From assembly GCA_041663585.1 (NCBI GenBank), contig JBAYMN010000005.1, positions 1 to 50,675 of the forward strand: a stretch of 50,675 bases of DNA, read 5' to 3'. This DNA comes from Clostridia bacterium. GTDB lineage: Bacteria > Bacillota > Clostridia > Christensenellales > UBA1242. A model generated the notes under the pieces. It did not search any database, was not told the origin of the DNA, and saw nothing but the letters and a program-made list of their open reading frames with translations. Positions 28,101-38,367 of the stretch are shown one piece after another; within the stretch, counting starts at the first letter, position 1; every line of letters begins with the position of its first letter. Made by a program: the position numbers and the translations under genes.

Positions 28101-28492
28101 CGGAAGATAATATTGAAATTTTATGTGCAATGGATAAGCGAGTAGATTTTGACCACCCAAAAAGTGATATTGCGCCTTTTTCAATTAAAACAAGCACGGA
28201 TAATAGAAATAATAATGTTTACGAACTCAGCCGTAAAAGTAATTTTATTGTGACAAAAGAAAGGATTGAAATTTTACTTGGTTATACTGAAAAATTAATG
28301 CTACTGGCGCTTGAAAAAATTAATTCAGGGTATATTGATTGTAGCCCCTATGAACAGGGTGATCACACTGCTTGCGAACATTGTGATTATTTAGGTGTAT
28401 GTAAATTTGATACGCTAGCGGGAAATAAAACGCGAGTTTTAAAATCTGTGAGAGACTTTGATACGGAGGGCAATGCAGATGGAAATGATTAA
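25190..28492 (+). CDS. addB: ATP-dependent helicase/nuclease AddAB, subunit B (RexB)
   Basis: 1100 aa. C-terminal RecB-type nuclease with an Fe-S cluster cysteine set (CSPYEQGDHTACEHCDYLGVC). Confidence 0.85.
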   Translation: MPINIILSDNLRACTNKLIQNLCSDELVNNEHHILVVPDRFTLVAEKKVMSTLCKTAVFNIEVLTVSRLCNAVLNDSTQKYLTDSGALMLVRKIILSHVSELKCFKKAVHNVGFAQSLFENMVALMRSDISALDLLNVINNTSDTALKLKLEDIYLIYADYEKELEQKYSDHSAKFNAFINAVSNSTIINQSHIYMAEFDSFAPQDYRLIENLMKYAKSFSITCFDEQKNNKDTINSNVFNNIYRLANKLEQSVGIQKFNSLLNTPFKHLSNNLYAYPFKKFDLVYGAINIYEANDILDEVTYMARNIRDFIVNQGIRYKDVAILTGAFNKYDKIIKEVFKKFDIPYFLDNQENLANHELSRFLLSVLDIIKNDLKYSDVMTFVKNYFFGLTTEEQDYFENYCLEYGIDHNKFFDLFKLGVKNSGFNIAENVRKRFINCIKPLYVQFKTEFNAMDFVTVLNQFMTDCNVPDKINALCNIYNTSHNITEQKTTEQVLQKLQIIFTELAEILGTTTISLDEVYAIFNMGLNSSKISLIPVAIDSVFVGDISISMPEECAYIFVAGCNLNQVPLLKEDCGIINDNELQHITKLEPSVKYVNSRQRFKIHQILCLPQKKLFVSYSNLLENGEKAKPSLLIKGIKKLFTYKGKDLPISNYDKEIMHSIDIDENSEAKQYATYFSSKNVALDELSRAMRAYKNFQDYPSLKAYTALYYLLAQKPNSLKQIEHNLNYQNQTTNIEKARDLLFKKQYTKVSQIETFFECPFKHFMDYGLKLKKRMISGINAVDAGNLLHKTAEIFVSTTKGEYIDNIKCKTLSQNIINAILSREEYITLINDDKNRGIITSLKEEAVRLCSAINYQNANSAFKVIATEKKFTTNALTSGNLQIKLVGVIDRVDKYNDYVRVIDYKTGKCDIKYSEIYYGLKLQLLVYLYVLIKEFGYKPAGAYYLPIHNEFNDYKSTSPYEIYKLMGISEDNIEILCAMDKRVDFDHPKSDIAPFSIKTSTDNRNNNVYELSRKSNFIVTKERIEILLGYTEKLMLLALEKINSGYIDCSPYEQGDHTACEHCDYLGVCKFDTLAGNKTRVLKSVRDFDTEGNADGND

Positions 28493-31400
28493 AAAAGAAC
28501 CTATTTGGACTGACCAGCAACAACAAGTAATAAATGCTAGAAATTGTAATCTACTAGTATCAGCATCTGCGGGAAGTGGTAAAACTACTGTAATGATTGA
28601 GCGAATAAAGCACTTAATTGAAAATGATGAAGCAGATATAAGTGAAATTTTGGCAGTTACTTTTACAAATGTTGCCGCCGAAGAAATGCGAATTAAATTA
28701 CAAGAGAATTTAGAAGAAGTGGCAACTACAAATGTAAAAATTAAATCGCAAATTGAAAATATAGAATTAGCGGATATAAGCACACTACATAGTTTTTGCC
28801 AAAAACTCATTAGGACAAATTTTTATGAAATAGGTATTGACCCCTCGTTTAGTGTTATCGATGAAAGTGAATCGGAGTATTTAAAAAATCAGGCTCTAAA
28901 CAAAGTATTTAACATTTATTCAAAAAAAGAAGATTTAATTTTTAATGAAATTGCAGAAAGTTTTAATACTAAGAGAAATGATAAAAAATTTAGAGAAATC
29001 ATACTGCAAATTTATAATTTTATTAATTCACAAAGCAGTGCTGAAAACTGGTTAAAAAATATTGCAATAGTAGGATATGAACCTAATTTAGAAAAAAACA
29101 TCAATGCGAAATTAATTGTTCGGGAAATTGTAAAAACACTATCAGTTGCCGAAAAAGAATTAACAACGCTTATTACTGAAACTATTAATAAAAGTTATGA
29201 AAAGCTAAATGTCCCATTGGTAAGTGAACTCGGATTAATCAAACAAATATTAATACAAAATACTTATGAAAATTTATTCAACTTTTTAAAAGAAAAAGTG
29301 AGATTTCCTTCTATTTCCAGCGAAAAGTTTGAAGCGGGTTCTATCGGTGATAATTTAAAAGAAAAAGTGCGGGCAACAAGCGAAAAATTTAAAAAAACAT
29401 ACAGCAAGTGTTGCGAAAATATCTGTTTAAATTGTATTAATTTTGCGGAGATCAAAGAAAATTTAGTTCACGCTTATTCATTTGAAAAAAAACTCGCTGA
29501 AATTGTATTAAGTTTTAAAGAAATTTATAGCAAATTAAAAAGTGCTGACAGTGTTTTGGATTTTAATGATTTAGAACATTTTGCTCTTGTTATTTTAAAA
29601 AATCCAAATATCGTACAAAGTTTACATAAAAAATATAAATATATTTTTATTGATGAATATCAAGATATAAACGATGTACAGGAAGAAATTATTAATTTAT
29701 TAGCAAATGAAAATAATTTATTTATGGTGGGCGATGTTAAGCAAAGTATATATGGGTTTAGACAATGTGACCCAGAAATATTCGCACAAAAATATGTTGA
29801 ATATAAAACTTTTAGCAGTGTTAATAAAAAAATAGATTTAAATCACAATTTTAGAAGCAATAAATATATTCTTTGGTTTGTAAATAGTATATTTCGGAAA
29901 ATTATGACTTACGAAACCGCCAGCGTGAATTACGCCCAAAATGCACTATTTATTAGTGGCGCAAACTATAAAAACACAGATTATCCGGTAGTATCTTTAA
30001 AACTTATTGATAAGAAACCAAAAGAAAATTCGCAGGCTAATATAAATAGTGTTTATGATTTAACTGCACACGAAGAAGTGTCAGAAAATATTGATTTGGC
30101 AATACTTGAAGGTAATATTATTGCAAGCGAAATTGTAAAATTAAAATCAAGTAATATTTATGTTATTGACAAGCGTGGTAATGGTACGTTTAGACAGACA
30201 AAATATAGTGATATGGTAATTTTGATGCGTTCCGCTGGTGCATATATGCAAAAAATTTGTAAAGAATTATCGCGTTACAATATACCCGTAAGTGCTGATT
30301 ATAAAGAAAACATTTTTGATTCAATGGAAGTGAAATTTTTAAATTCACTTTTATATCTAATTAATAATTATAAACAAGACGTACCGCTTGCTAGTGTAAT
30401 GCGGTCGTTAATTTTTAATTTTACAGATGATGAAATGGCAACAATTCGCCGGGAATTTGATTTAATTAATATTGATAGTGCAAAATCGCATTATTACGAT
30501 GCATGTGAATGGTATGTGAAAAATAAAAATGATAATCTTTCACAAAAGTTAAAAGCATTTTATGCGACTATTGATAACTATCGCAATAGACTTAAATATC
30601 AAACTATATATGAGTTGCTAAAAAACATAGTAAGCGAAACATCTTTTATTAATTTATGCTGTGCTTTACCAGCTGGCGAAGAACGCACGATAAACATTAA
30701 TTTATTTGTTAATAGTTTTATAGGAAAAAAATATAACCGTGATTTGCCAAAATACATTGAATACAGTGAAAATTATGATATTAAAATTAATTCCGCGCTC
30801 GGCGAAAATTTAAACACAGTGCGAGTACTTACAATGCATAAAAGTAAAGGGCTAGAATTTCCTATTGTTTTTGTGTGCGGTATGGGAAAAGGATTTAATT
30901 ATGAATCTTTAAAAGCACCCATAATTTTACACAAAAAATATGGATTGGGGCTTAAAAATTTTGATATACAAAATAGATTTACTTCTGTAACACTTGCCCG
31001 AAAGGCATGTGAAATTGCATTAAAGCAAGATATGATTAAAGAAGAAATGCGGATTTTATATGTTGCTCTTACGCGTGCAAAAAATCACTTAATTATTGTT
31101 GGCAGTTTAGATTTAAACAAATCTAAAAAAAGCGATGCGAATATAAAATGTTATTTAGATTGGATTTTAAAAGGACTAACCGATGCACAAAAACGACAAA
31201 TCTTATTAAGTAAAAACGAAAAATACAATTTTAGTGAAATAGATGGTTCAAAAATTGAAGATGGCTATATCACTGCTGAAACTTTTAGCGATGAAATTAT
31301 AATACAGCATAGTTTAAGTTCTGAAAAAAATGTTATTTTTAATGCACCCGATTTTACATATTTAAACGAAATAAAGCGTACTTTTGATTATGAATATTCA

Positions 31401-32000
31401 AGTTTAGTTAGCACTAAAACACCATTAAAAAACACGGTTACCGCTCTAAGTAGTGAACACGATAGTGATGTTTATTATACAGGACATGTATCGTTTGCGG
31501 AAGATAATAAATCTATTTCGGCCTTAAAAGGCACAACATATCACAAAATTATGCAATATGCAGATTTAGAAAACACAAATGAAACGATTGATAATTTTGT
31601 ACAGCGTAAAATTATAACAAAAGAAGATAGTAATTTTATAGATATAAACGAAATTAACAAATGTAAACAAAATATTATAAAGTTGATAAAATCAGCAGAC
31701 AAAATATATAAAGAGCAACCATTTTTAATGTACGTACCTCACAACCAAATTGACCAAACAAGCACATTATCTGACCGCATACTTATTCAAGGTGTGGTAG
31801 ATTTAATAATTATTAAAGATAACTCGGCAATAATTGTAGATTATAAAACCACTCGCGTTAACTCTTTTGAAGACCTTGCAAAAATTTATTTCACCCAATT
31901 AAATATTTATGCTCAGGCAACAAGCGAAGCGCTTAATATTTCAGTAAAATCCGCCTATATTTATTCTTTTGTTTTTAATAAGTTGATTAAAGTCTTTTAA
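28479..32000 (+). CDS. addA: ATP-dependent helicase/nuclease AddAB, subunit A (RexA)
   Basis: UvrD-like Walker A SASAGSGKTT. Has helicase motifs and a C-terminal nuclease. Start chosen at the ATG 8 nt after GGAGGG, overlapping the addB end. Confidence 0.85.
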   Translation: MEMIKKEPIWTDQQQQVINARNCNLLVSASAGSGKTTVMIERIKHLIENDEADISEILAVTFTNVAAEEMRIKLQENLEEVATTNVKIKSQIENIELADISTLHSFCQKLIRTNFYEIGIDPSFSVIDESESEYLKNQALNKVFNIYSKKEDLIFNEIAESFNTKRNDKKFREIILQIYNFINSQSSAENWLKNIAIVGYEPNLEKNINAKLIVREIVKTLSVAEKELTTLITETINKSYEKLNVPLVSELGLIKQILIQNTYENLFNFLKEKVRFPSISSEKFEAGSIGDNLKEKVRATSEKFKKTYSKCCENICLNCINFAEIKENLVHAYSFEKKLAEIVLSFKEIYSKLKSADSVLDFNDLEHFALVILKNPNIVQSLHKKYKYIFIDEYQDINDVQEEIINLLANENNLFMVGDVKQSIYGFRQCDPEIFAQKYVEYKTFSSVNKKIDLNHNFRSNKYILWFVNSIFRKIMTYETASVNYAQNALFISGANYKNTDYPVVSLKLIDKKPKENSQANINSVYDLTAHEEVSENIDLAILEGNIIASEIVKLKSSNIYVIDKRGNGTFRQTKYSDMVILMRSAGAYMQKICKELSRYNIPVSADYKENIFDSMEVKFLNSLLYLINNYKQDVPLASVMRSLIFNFTDDEMATIRREFDLINIDSAKSHYYDACEWYVKNKNDNLSQKLKAFYATIDNYRNRLKYQTIYELLKNIVSETSFINLCCALPAGEERTININLFVNSFIGKKYNRDLPKYIEYSENYDIKINSALGENLNTVRVLTMHKSKGLEFPIVFVCGMGKGFNYESLKAPIILHKKYGLGLKNFDIQNRFTSVTLARKACEIALKQDMIKEEMRILYVALTRAKNHLIIVGSLDLNKSKKSDANIKCYLDWILKGLTDAQKRQILLSKNEKYNFSEIDGSKIEDGYITAETFSDEIIIQHSLSSEKNVIFNAPDFTYLNEIKRTFDYEYSSLVSTKTPLKNTVTALSSEHDSDVYYTGHVSFAEDNKSISALKGTTYHKIMQYADLENTNETIDNFVQRKIITKEDSNFIDINEINKCKQNIIKLIKSADKIYKEQPFLMYVPHNQIDQTSTLSDRILIQGVVDLIIIKDNSAIIVDYKTTRVNSFEDLAKIYFTQLNIYAQATSEALNISVKSAYIYSFVFNKLIKVF

Positions 32001-32224
32001 TATAACTAATAATAAAATGGGACAAAACATATTAATAATAAAAAAATTGTTAATTTTTATTAAAAAAATAATATAATAATATACAATTTTACAATAAAAC
32101 ACTTATTTTTATATCTTTTTAATATATTAATACAATGAAGAACCGTTTATTTTGTTTACACTTCAAAATGCTTATGGTATAATATAATTGTTATAAGGTT
32201 AAAAAAATTGGGAGGTAATACAAT

Positions 32225-33679
32225 ATGACATATACATCTTTAATGCTTACTTATTACGCCACTGTAATGACATTTGTAAGGCAGATAGCGCAGTATGTAA
32301 CAATTGATTTGATATTTGCAATTGTGGCATTTATTATAATTGTCATGGCAGTTTATTTTTTTGTTATGCTGTGCATATCATTTGAGGCGCGCACAGATCG
32401 TGCTTTAACCAAGTTGAATAAATATTTTTATAGATATCCAATTATGAAAAACAATTCGTTGCCGATTTTAAATAACATAATTAGACATGCGCCTAAGGAA
32501 TTTGGTTATAAATGGAACGAATATTTAGAGCGCAAAGATGCTGCACCAAGCATATATTTAAGTTTTGATGGTTGCGTTAATAAGGCTATTATGTTTAATA
32601 AGGCAAGTTATTACACAAAAATTTTACTTTCGTTTACGCTGTTTTCTAGTATATTAATATTATTATTAGGACTGGCAAAAACTGATCCGGCAACTGCTTT
32701 CGCCGAAGTATTATATAGTTTGTTGTTAGCACCTATACTACTAATTATTTTAGGTGGCATTTTTGCCACAATTATTAGTATTAAAGGAATAGAAACTTAT
32801 AAAAATATGTTGGGAGATTTTGCAATGTTCCAGCGCAACATTGACCATTCGGCGCGCGGGTTAAGTGGTATTGATGAAAATGTAATTGAGACATTAATTA
32901 ATACAAACAATGATAGTAAACGAAGTAAAAAATTTAAAACAAAACCTGATCAAGAAGAATATAATTCACATTATACCGAGAAAAAACATATACCACAAAT
33001 ATCCGAAAAAAATTTATTATCAAGTGTTGATGAAGATTTTTTAACTAAACTTAGAAACACACCCACAAAGCATAAAGATAATGGAGCACCCCCAACAAAT
33101 TTTAATTTAGGCGGCGAAGTTAAGCCTTTTGCCGCCAATACAAATTTGACGGCTAATGAAAAAATTAATAAAATAGAAAATCCAAGTATTCCATTAGAGC
33201 AGAATACCTCGGCATTTAAACCAGAAGCAATTTATGTACCCGAGGCGGATATAGTAAAAGATGAGAGCGATGAATTAATTAAACAATATGCAGAAGAGAA
33301 GGAGCGTATACTTGCAGAAATTGCTAAAATTAAAGAAGAAAATGCAAGTTATGAAGTACAAAATAAACAAATTAATCAATCCATTGATACAGTTCATGCC
33401 GAAAATACGCATAAAGGTTTAAAAGAAATGCTTTCAAGCAATTTAGAATTAGAAGAAGTGCTTGAAAGCCCGATAGAAGAAAATATTGAAATTAGTAACG
33501 AAATGCCGGAAAGTGTAGTGTATGCGAAAGAAGAAAACATTTCGAATACAACAGAAACAGACCTATCAGTTCCAAAAAAACGTGGCAGAAAACCTAAGGC
33601 AAAAATTGAAGATGATATTGATTTAAGTTCAACGCTAGATCAATTGGCAAGTGCAATGGAAAACCTTAAAAAGAAATAA
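32225..33679 (+). CDS. Membrane protein (3 TM helices) with long acidic coiled-coil tail and an AT-hook-like KKRGRKPKAK near the C-terminus
   Basis: Hydrophobic segments at residues ~26-50, ~133-150 and ~165-188. TTTACA-17-TATAAT promoter upstream. Confidence 0.5.
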   Translation: MTYTSLMLTYYATVMTFVRQIAQYVTIDLIFAIVAFIIIVMAVYFFVMLCISFEARTDRALTKLNKYFYRYPIMKNNSLPILNNIIRHAPKEFGYKWNEYLERKDAAPSIYLSFDGCVNKAIMFNKASYYTKILLSFTLFSSILILLLGLAKTDPATAFAEVLYSLLLAPILLIILGGIFATIISIKGIETYKNMLGDFAMFQRNIDHSARGLSGIDENVIETLINTNNDSKRSKKFKTKPDQEEYNSHYTEKKHIPQISEKNLLSSVDEDFLTKLRNTPTKHKDNGAPPTNFNLGGEVKPFAANTNLTANEKINKIENPSIPLEQNTSAFKPEAIYVPEADIVKDESDELIKQYAEEKERILAEIAKIKEENASYEVQNKQINQSIDTVHAENTHKGLKEMLSSNLELEEVLESPIEENIEISNEMPESVVYAKEENISNTTETDLSVPKKRGRKPKAKIEDDIDLSSTLDQLASAMENLKKK

Positions 33680-33683
33680 AATA

Positions 33684-33709
33684 AAATCGTCCAAAATTTT
33701 GGGCGATTT
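33684..33709. terminator. Bidirectional terminator, aaatcgtccaaaa/ttttgggcgattt
   Basis: 13-bp stem with one G-U pair, between convergent genes. Confidence 0.55.
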
Positions 33710-33730
33710 TATTTAAAAAATTAAGTTATA

Positions 33731-34573
33731 TTAAGCATGCTCAATAAAAGAATTCATAGCAAGTTCTTTTAATCTGTTATTTTTATGAGCACTAAGTATT
33801 ATTTTTTGAGTTATAACTGTTCCTTTTTTTACTACGATAATACCTGCTGAACTTTCAATATTTTTTCCTACTTTTCTACCTATTAAAAATGCCGAACTTG
33901 CCACCGCTTTGCCCGGTAATACTTTTTCTAATTCATATGCTTTAACTTTTCGCTCGGGCATATGAATAGGCGGATTAGTAATATCATCATTTTCGCTTGC
34001 AATTTCTTCTGTATTTTCATTAGGCATTGTGCCTTCATTTTCGGCAAACTCTTCCATAGCCCAAACTTTTATATTCTTGTATGATTCCTTAGTTTCTGGC
34101 ATTTTTGTATTTAATGTGGATAATCTAAATTTTATTGAAGGGTCTTTTAAAATTATTAAATTGTCGCTTTGTGATAGAATTGATTTTGTATTAATACTCG
34201 TTTTATCATCTAGTACGAAATCAATAATTTTATTGTGCTCATCAATGGTAACATCTTTTATATAGCCAAGTTCTTTGCCAAGCAAAGTATACACAGCCTT
34301 ATTTATTGGATTATTTTGTTTTAGTACATTATCATAATTAGAAAGTGGACTTAAACAGCCTTCATTTTTTGCCATTATAGCATGCTCACCAACACTATAA
34401 ATATCGGTTAATGCAATTACTTTTTCATCTACTATCTCATTTTCATCAAATACAACCAGCCATTTTGCATATTGAAAGTTTTCGTCAAGTATAACATTTT
34501 TGATTGTACCAGAAATTTTGCTTTCACATATGCTAATAAGCGGTTTTCCTAAATAATCAGTTATTTTTCTCAT
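33731..34573 (-). CDS. PRC-barrel-like (YlmC/YmxH-type) domain protein
   Basis: N-terminal GKPLISICESKISGTIKNVILDEN resembles PRC-barrel sporulation proteins. Start moved to the ATG (MRKITDYL) behind GGGGGAA; the track started at a GTG. Confidence 0.4.
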   Translation of the reverse strand: MRKITDYLGKPLISICESKISGTIKNVILDENFQYAKWLVVFDENEIVDEKVIALTDIYSVGEHAIMAKNEGCLSPLSNYDNVLKQNNPINKAVYTLLGKELGYIKDVTIDEHNKIIDFVLDDKTSINTKSILSQSDNLIILKDPSIKFRLSTLNTKMPETKESYKNIKVWAMEEFAENEGTMPNENTEEIASENDDITNPPIHMPERKVKAYELEKVLPGKAVASSAFLIGRKVGKNIESSAGIIVVKKGTVITQKIILSAHKNNRLKELAMNSFIEHA

Positions 34574-34688
34574 ATTTTCCCCCACATAAATCTTCTTACA
34601 CAGAAAATATATGACATGGCTATGTATTTTATGTTGATAAACTTAAATCCCTGTGCTATAATTTTATATAGTAATTTTGGAGATAAAT

Positions 34689-35810
34689 ATGGGATTTTTA
34701 AAAAGTTTATTTAGATTTTTTTCTGGTTCAATTTTGCTGGAAGCAAAAAAGCGAAATGAACTTGTTATACCTGTAAAACTTAGGCAGGACAAAATAGAAA
34801 TAGGCAATCGTTTAAGTGTAGATAAAGGTTACTCGGCAGTTGTTATTTGTAGGCAAAAAGTTACTGATGTTTTTTCTTATGGAGAACATAAGTTAAAAAT
34901 ATCCACATTGCCATACACTGACAGACGCATAAACTTAAACGGCAGAATTAAAAAACATAAAAACTATAAACTTAAATTTCCAGCAGACATTTATTATGTT
35001 AATTTATGCCAGTTTAGCAATGAGCCAATGCGCACAAATTTAAAAGCAACAGTTAAAGATAAAGAATTTAAAACAGTAAATTTTGGAATTGAGGGAAGTT
35101 TTACATTTCAAATTGAAGATCCAGAAAAATTTGTTAATACTTTATTGCTTGTTTTGCCTCGTATTAAAAACGGTCAAGCCAGCGATTATGTAAATGAATG
35201 GGTGACGGTTGCATTAATGCGATTATTAGAGCGCGAAAATAAAGCAATAGAAGAATTGCGCCACCATTCGCAAGATATTTGTGTGCGCATGACCGCAATT
35301 ATTGACAAAAAAATGTCGGAATATGGCATAAGAGTGTCAGATATTAAAATTTATGATTTAGATTTGCCAAAACGTATTAAAGAATCTCTAAATTCTAATT
35401 CCGCAAATAATATTGTAAATTTTGAAAAAAGTGAATATATTCTTGGCGAAGAAACACAAAATTCAGCAGAAAATTATGTAGACTACTATGATACGCGCGA
35501 AAAGGCAGAATCACAGTTACAACAAATAAATAATAATTTAAATGCACAAAATTATAATGATAACGATATTTTAGTATCGCCTACCAAACAAGCAATACAA
35601 TGTGGCAATTTTGCACAAAAAAATGCTCAAATGCCGAGAAATGAAAATGTGGTACAAGAAGAATTTGACAGAGTGTTTGGCAATTTATTAAGCGATGCTG
35701 TAAAAGGTGAGCAGTCTGTACAAAATGAGGTGTTTTTGTGCAAAAATTGTGGTGCAAAAGTAACAGTTGATGAGTTTTATTGTCATAAATGTGGCAGATT
35801 ACTAGATTAA
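34689..35810 (+). CDS. SPFH/band-7-like protein with C-terminal zinc ribbon (YdjI-like)
   Basis: C-terminus CKNCGAKVTVDEFYCHKCGRLLD. The central domain resembles YdjI-family SPFH proteins. RBS GGAGA. Confidence 0.5.
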   Translation: MGFLKSLFRFFSGSILLEAKKRNELVIPVKLRQDKIEIGNRLSVDKGYSAVVICRQKVTDVFSYGEHKLKISTLPYTDRRINLNGRIKKHKNYKLKFPADIYYVNLCQFSNEPMRTNLKATVKDKEFKTVNFGIEGSFTFQIEDPEKFVNTLLLVLPRIKNGQASDYVNEWVTVALMRLLERENKAIEELRHHSQDICVRMTAIIDKKMSEYGIRVSDIKIYDLDLPKRIKESLNSNSANNIVNFEKSEYILGEETQNSAENYVDYYDTREKAESQLQQINNNLNAQNYNDNDILVSPTKQAIQCGNFAQKNAQMPRNENVVQEEFDRVFGNLLSDAVKGEQSVQNEVFLCKNCGAKVTVDEFYCHKCGRLLD

Positions 35811-35823
35811 ATGGAGAACTAAA

Positions 35824-36036
35824 ATGAAAAAGAAAATAGAAAATAAAAAAATAATCACTAAGGATATGAAATTAGATGATGTATTAAAAATTAAAGAATC
35901 GGCTCGCTATATACTTATGGGATTTGGCATGCATTGTTTAGGTTGTCCTATACACGAATTTGAAACAATAGAAGAGGCGGCTAATGTACACGGAATAGAT
36001 CCAGATTATTTACTGGAAAAACTTAACGAATTATAA
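35824..36036 (+). CDS. DUF1858-type small redox-disulfide protein (CLGCP motif)
   Basis: GFGMHCLGCPIHEFETIEEAANVHGID. Confidence 0.5.
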   Translation: MKKKIENKKIITKDMKLDDVLKIKESARYILMGFGMHCLGCPIHEFETIEEAANVHGIDPDYLLEKLNEL

Positions 36037-36123
36037 ATAAATGTTTGCTGATGACAAGATTTTTTTAAATTTTCGTTTTATTAAAACGCTTGCTTAAAGA
36101 AGTAAAACATTATAAAATAAACT

Positions 36124-38358
36124 ATGATAATTTTAGGCACAATTGAAAGTGTAGTATTTAGAAATGATGAAAATAATTACACTGTTGTAGATATTGATTG
36201 CAAGGGTGAACTTATTTGTGCTGTTGGCAATTTTCCATCGGCAAATATTGGCGAACGTGTAGAACTTGTAGGTGATTATATACAAAACGTTAAATATGGG
36301 CAACAATTTAGCGTAAAATCCGTTCAAATGTTACCACCCGACAGTACAGAAGGTATAAAAAAATATCTTTCTAGCGGACTAATAAAAGGCGTAGGTGAAG
36401 CCACGGCAAATGCTATTGTAAATAAATTTGGATTGGATACATTAGATATAATGGAATACAATCCAGCAAAACTTGCCGAAGTAAGAGGTGTTAGTAAAAA
36501 TAAAGCCACACTTATAGCAAGTGCTTTTTTGGATATTAAAAAAATGCAGAAAGCGGTAATGTTTTTGCAAAAATATAATATAAGCACTAATTTAGCAGTA
36601 AAAATTTATGAACATTATGGTCTTAAAACCGAAGAACTTGTTTCTGAAAATCCTTACAGACTATTGGAAGATGTAGATGGCGTTGGCTTTATTACCGCAG
36701 ATAAAATTGCTCGCAATATGGGGATTAACGAAGACAGTCCGTTTAGAATGCGTGCCGGAGTTTTATACTGTTTGACCGAAACAGCGGATAGAAATGGCAA
36801 CACGTATCTACCGAAAAATGAATTATTTAATAGCCTTGCAGAGTTATTAAGAATTGATATAGAAAACCACAAAGAAATTATTGAAGATGTTTTAAACAAA
36901 TTAATGCTTGACAATGGTGTAAAAATATTTGAATATAAAAAGCAAATAGTAATTATGTATTCAAAATTTTATAACATTGAACGAGCAGTTGCACAAAAAT
37001 TAAATCTAATAAAATCGCTTAGTCAGCCTATTCACGCAGATTTAAAAGCAGATATTGATGAATATGAACGCGTAAACAAAATAAAATTACACAAAGACCA
37101 ACGCACTGCTATTGAACTTGCTACTGAGGAAGGTGTAAGCGTTATAACGGGCGGTCCTGGAACGGGCAAAACTACAATTATAAAATGTATTATTCAAATA
37201 CTATCTTCACGTGGTAAAAAAGTTATGTTACTTGCACCAACAGGTAGAGCAGCAAAACGACTTTCTGAATCTGCGCAAGTAGAAGCAAGTACAATACACC
37301 GTGCGTTAGGTATGGACTACCGAAATAACAGTAATATGTTTGCGTACAACGAATTTAACAAATTACCCGTAGATGCTGTTGTTGTTGATGAAGTATCAAT
37401 GGTAGATGTACAACTTATGAATTATTTACTAAAAGCCCTTAACAGTGATACAAAATTAATTCTAGTCGGCGATAAAAATCAACTGCCCTCTGTGGGTGCG
37501 GGTAATGTTTTAGATGATATTTTAAAATCCGAAATTATTCCATATGTTAGTTTAACTCATATTTATAGGCAAAGCGAAAACAGTTTTATTGTGCTTAACG
37601 CACACGCTATCAACAAAGGGCAAATGCCAATACTTGAAAATTCTGGCAGTGATTTTTTCTTTGAAAATAAATCAGATTTACAAGAAACAATGCGAACTAT
37701 TGTAGATCTTGTTGTTACAAGGCTTCCGCAATATTTAAATATTTCTTCATCTAAGGTGCAGGTTTTAACAGGCTTAAAAATGGGCTCGTGCGGAGCAAAC
37801 AATTTAAATAGTCAATTACAAAACTATTTAAATCCACCCACACTTTCTAAACCCGAGATTGAATATGATAAAACAATTTATAGGCTAAACGATAAAGTAA
37901 TGCAAATTGCAAATAACTATCAACGGGAATGGCAAAAAATATTATCAAATGGCACAATAGAAAATGGTACTGGTGTGTTTAATGGTGATATAGGAATTAT
38001 TAAAGCAATCAATAGACAAACCGGCGAAATTACCGTAAAGTTTGAAGATGACAGAGTGTCTGTATACCCCAAAAACGAACTTAATCAACTTATACTTTCC
38101 TATGCGATTACGGTACATAAAAGTCAAGGTAGTGAATTTGATGCGGTTGTAATGCCAGTTATAGCGGGTACAAATTTAATTTTTACGCGTAATTTACTAT
38201 ATACAGCAGTTACGAGAGCCAAAAGGCTAGTAATGCTGGTAGGCACAAAATATAATATTAAACGAATGGTTGATAACAATTATACTGCAACACGTTACAG
38301 TATGTTAAAACAGTTTTTAATTGAACAACAAAAAAATGTAGCAGAATTGTACTCATAA
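36124..38358 (+). CDS. recD2: RecD2-type (YrrC) ATP-dependent DNA helicase
   Basis: N-terminal HhH region. Walker A GGPGTGKTT. Motifs DEVSM and VHKSQGSE. Confidence 0.85.
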   Translation: MIILGTIESVVFRNDENNYTVVDIDCKGELICAVGNFPSANIGERVELVGDYIQNVKYGQQFSVKSVQMLPPDSTEGIKKYLSSGLIKGVGEATANAIVNKFGLDTLDIMEYNPAKLAEVRGVSKNKATLIASAFLDIKKMQKAVMFLQKYNISTNLAVKIYEHYGLKTEELVSENPYRLLEDVDGVGFITADKIARNMGINEDSPFRMRAGVLYCLTETADRNGNTYLPKNELFNSLAELLRIDIENHKEIIEDVLNKLMLDNGVKIFEYKKQIVIMYSKFYNIERAVAQKLNLIKSLSQPIHADLKADIDEYERVNKIKLHKDQRTAIELATEEGVSVITGGPGTGKTTIIKCIIQILSSRGKKVMLLAPTGRAAKRLSESAQVEASTIHRALGMDYRNNSNMFAYNEFNKLPVDAVVVDEVSMVDVQLMNYLLKALNSDTKLILVGDKNQLPSVGAGNVLDDILKSEIIPYVSLTHIYRQSENSFIVLNAHAINKGQMPILENSGSDFFFENKSDLQETMRTIVDLVVTRLPQYLNISSSKVQVLTGLKMGSCGANNLNSQLQNYLNPPTLSKPEIEYDKTIYRLNDKVMQIANNYQREWQKILSNGTIENGTGVFNGDIGIIKAINRQTGEITVKFEDDRVSVYPKNELNQLILSYAITVHKSQGSEFDAVVMPVIAGTNLIFTRNLLYTAVTRAKRLVMLVGTKYNIKRMVDNNYTATRYSMLKQFLIEQQKNVAELYS

Positions 38359-38367
38359 GGATAAATT

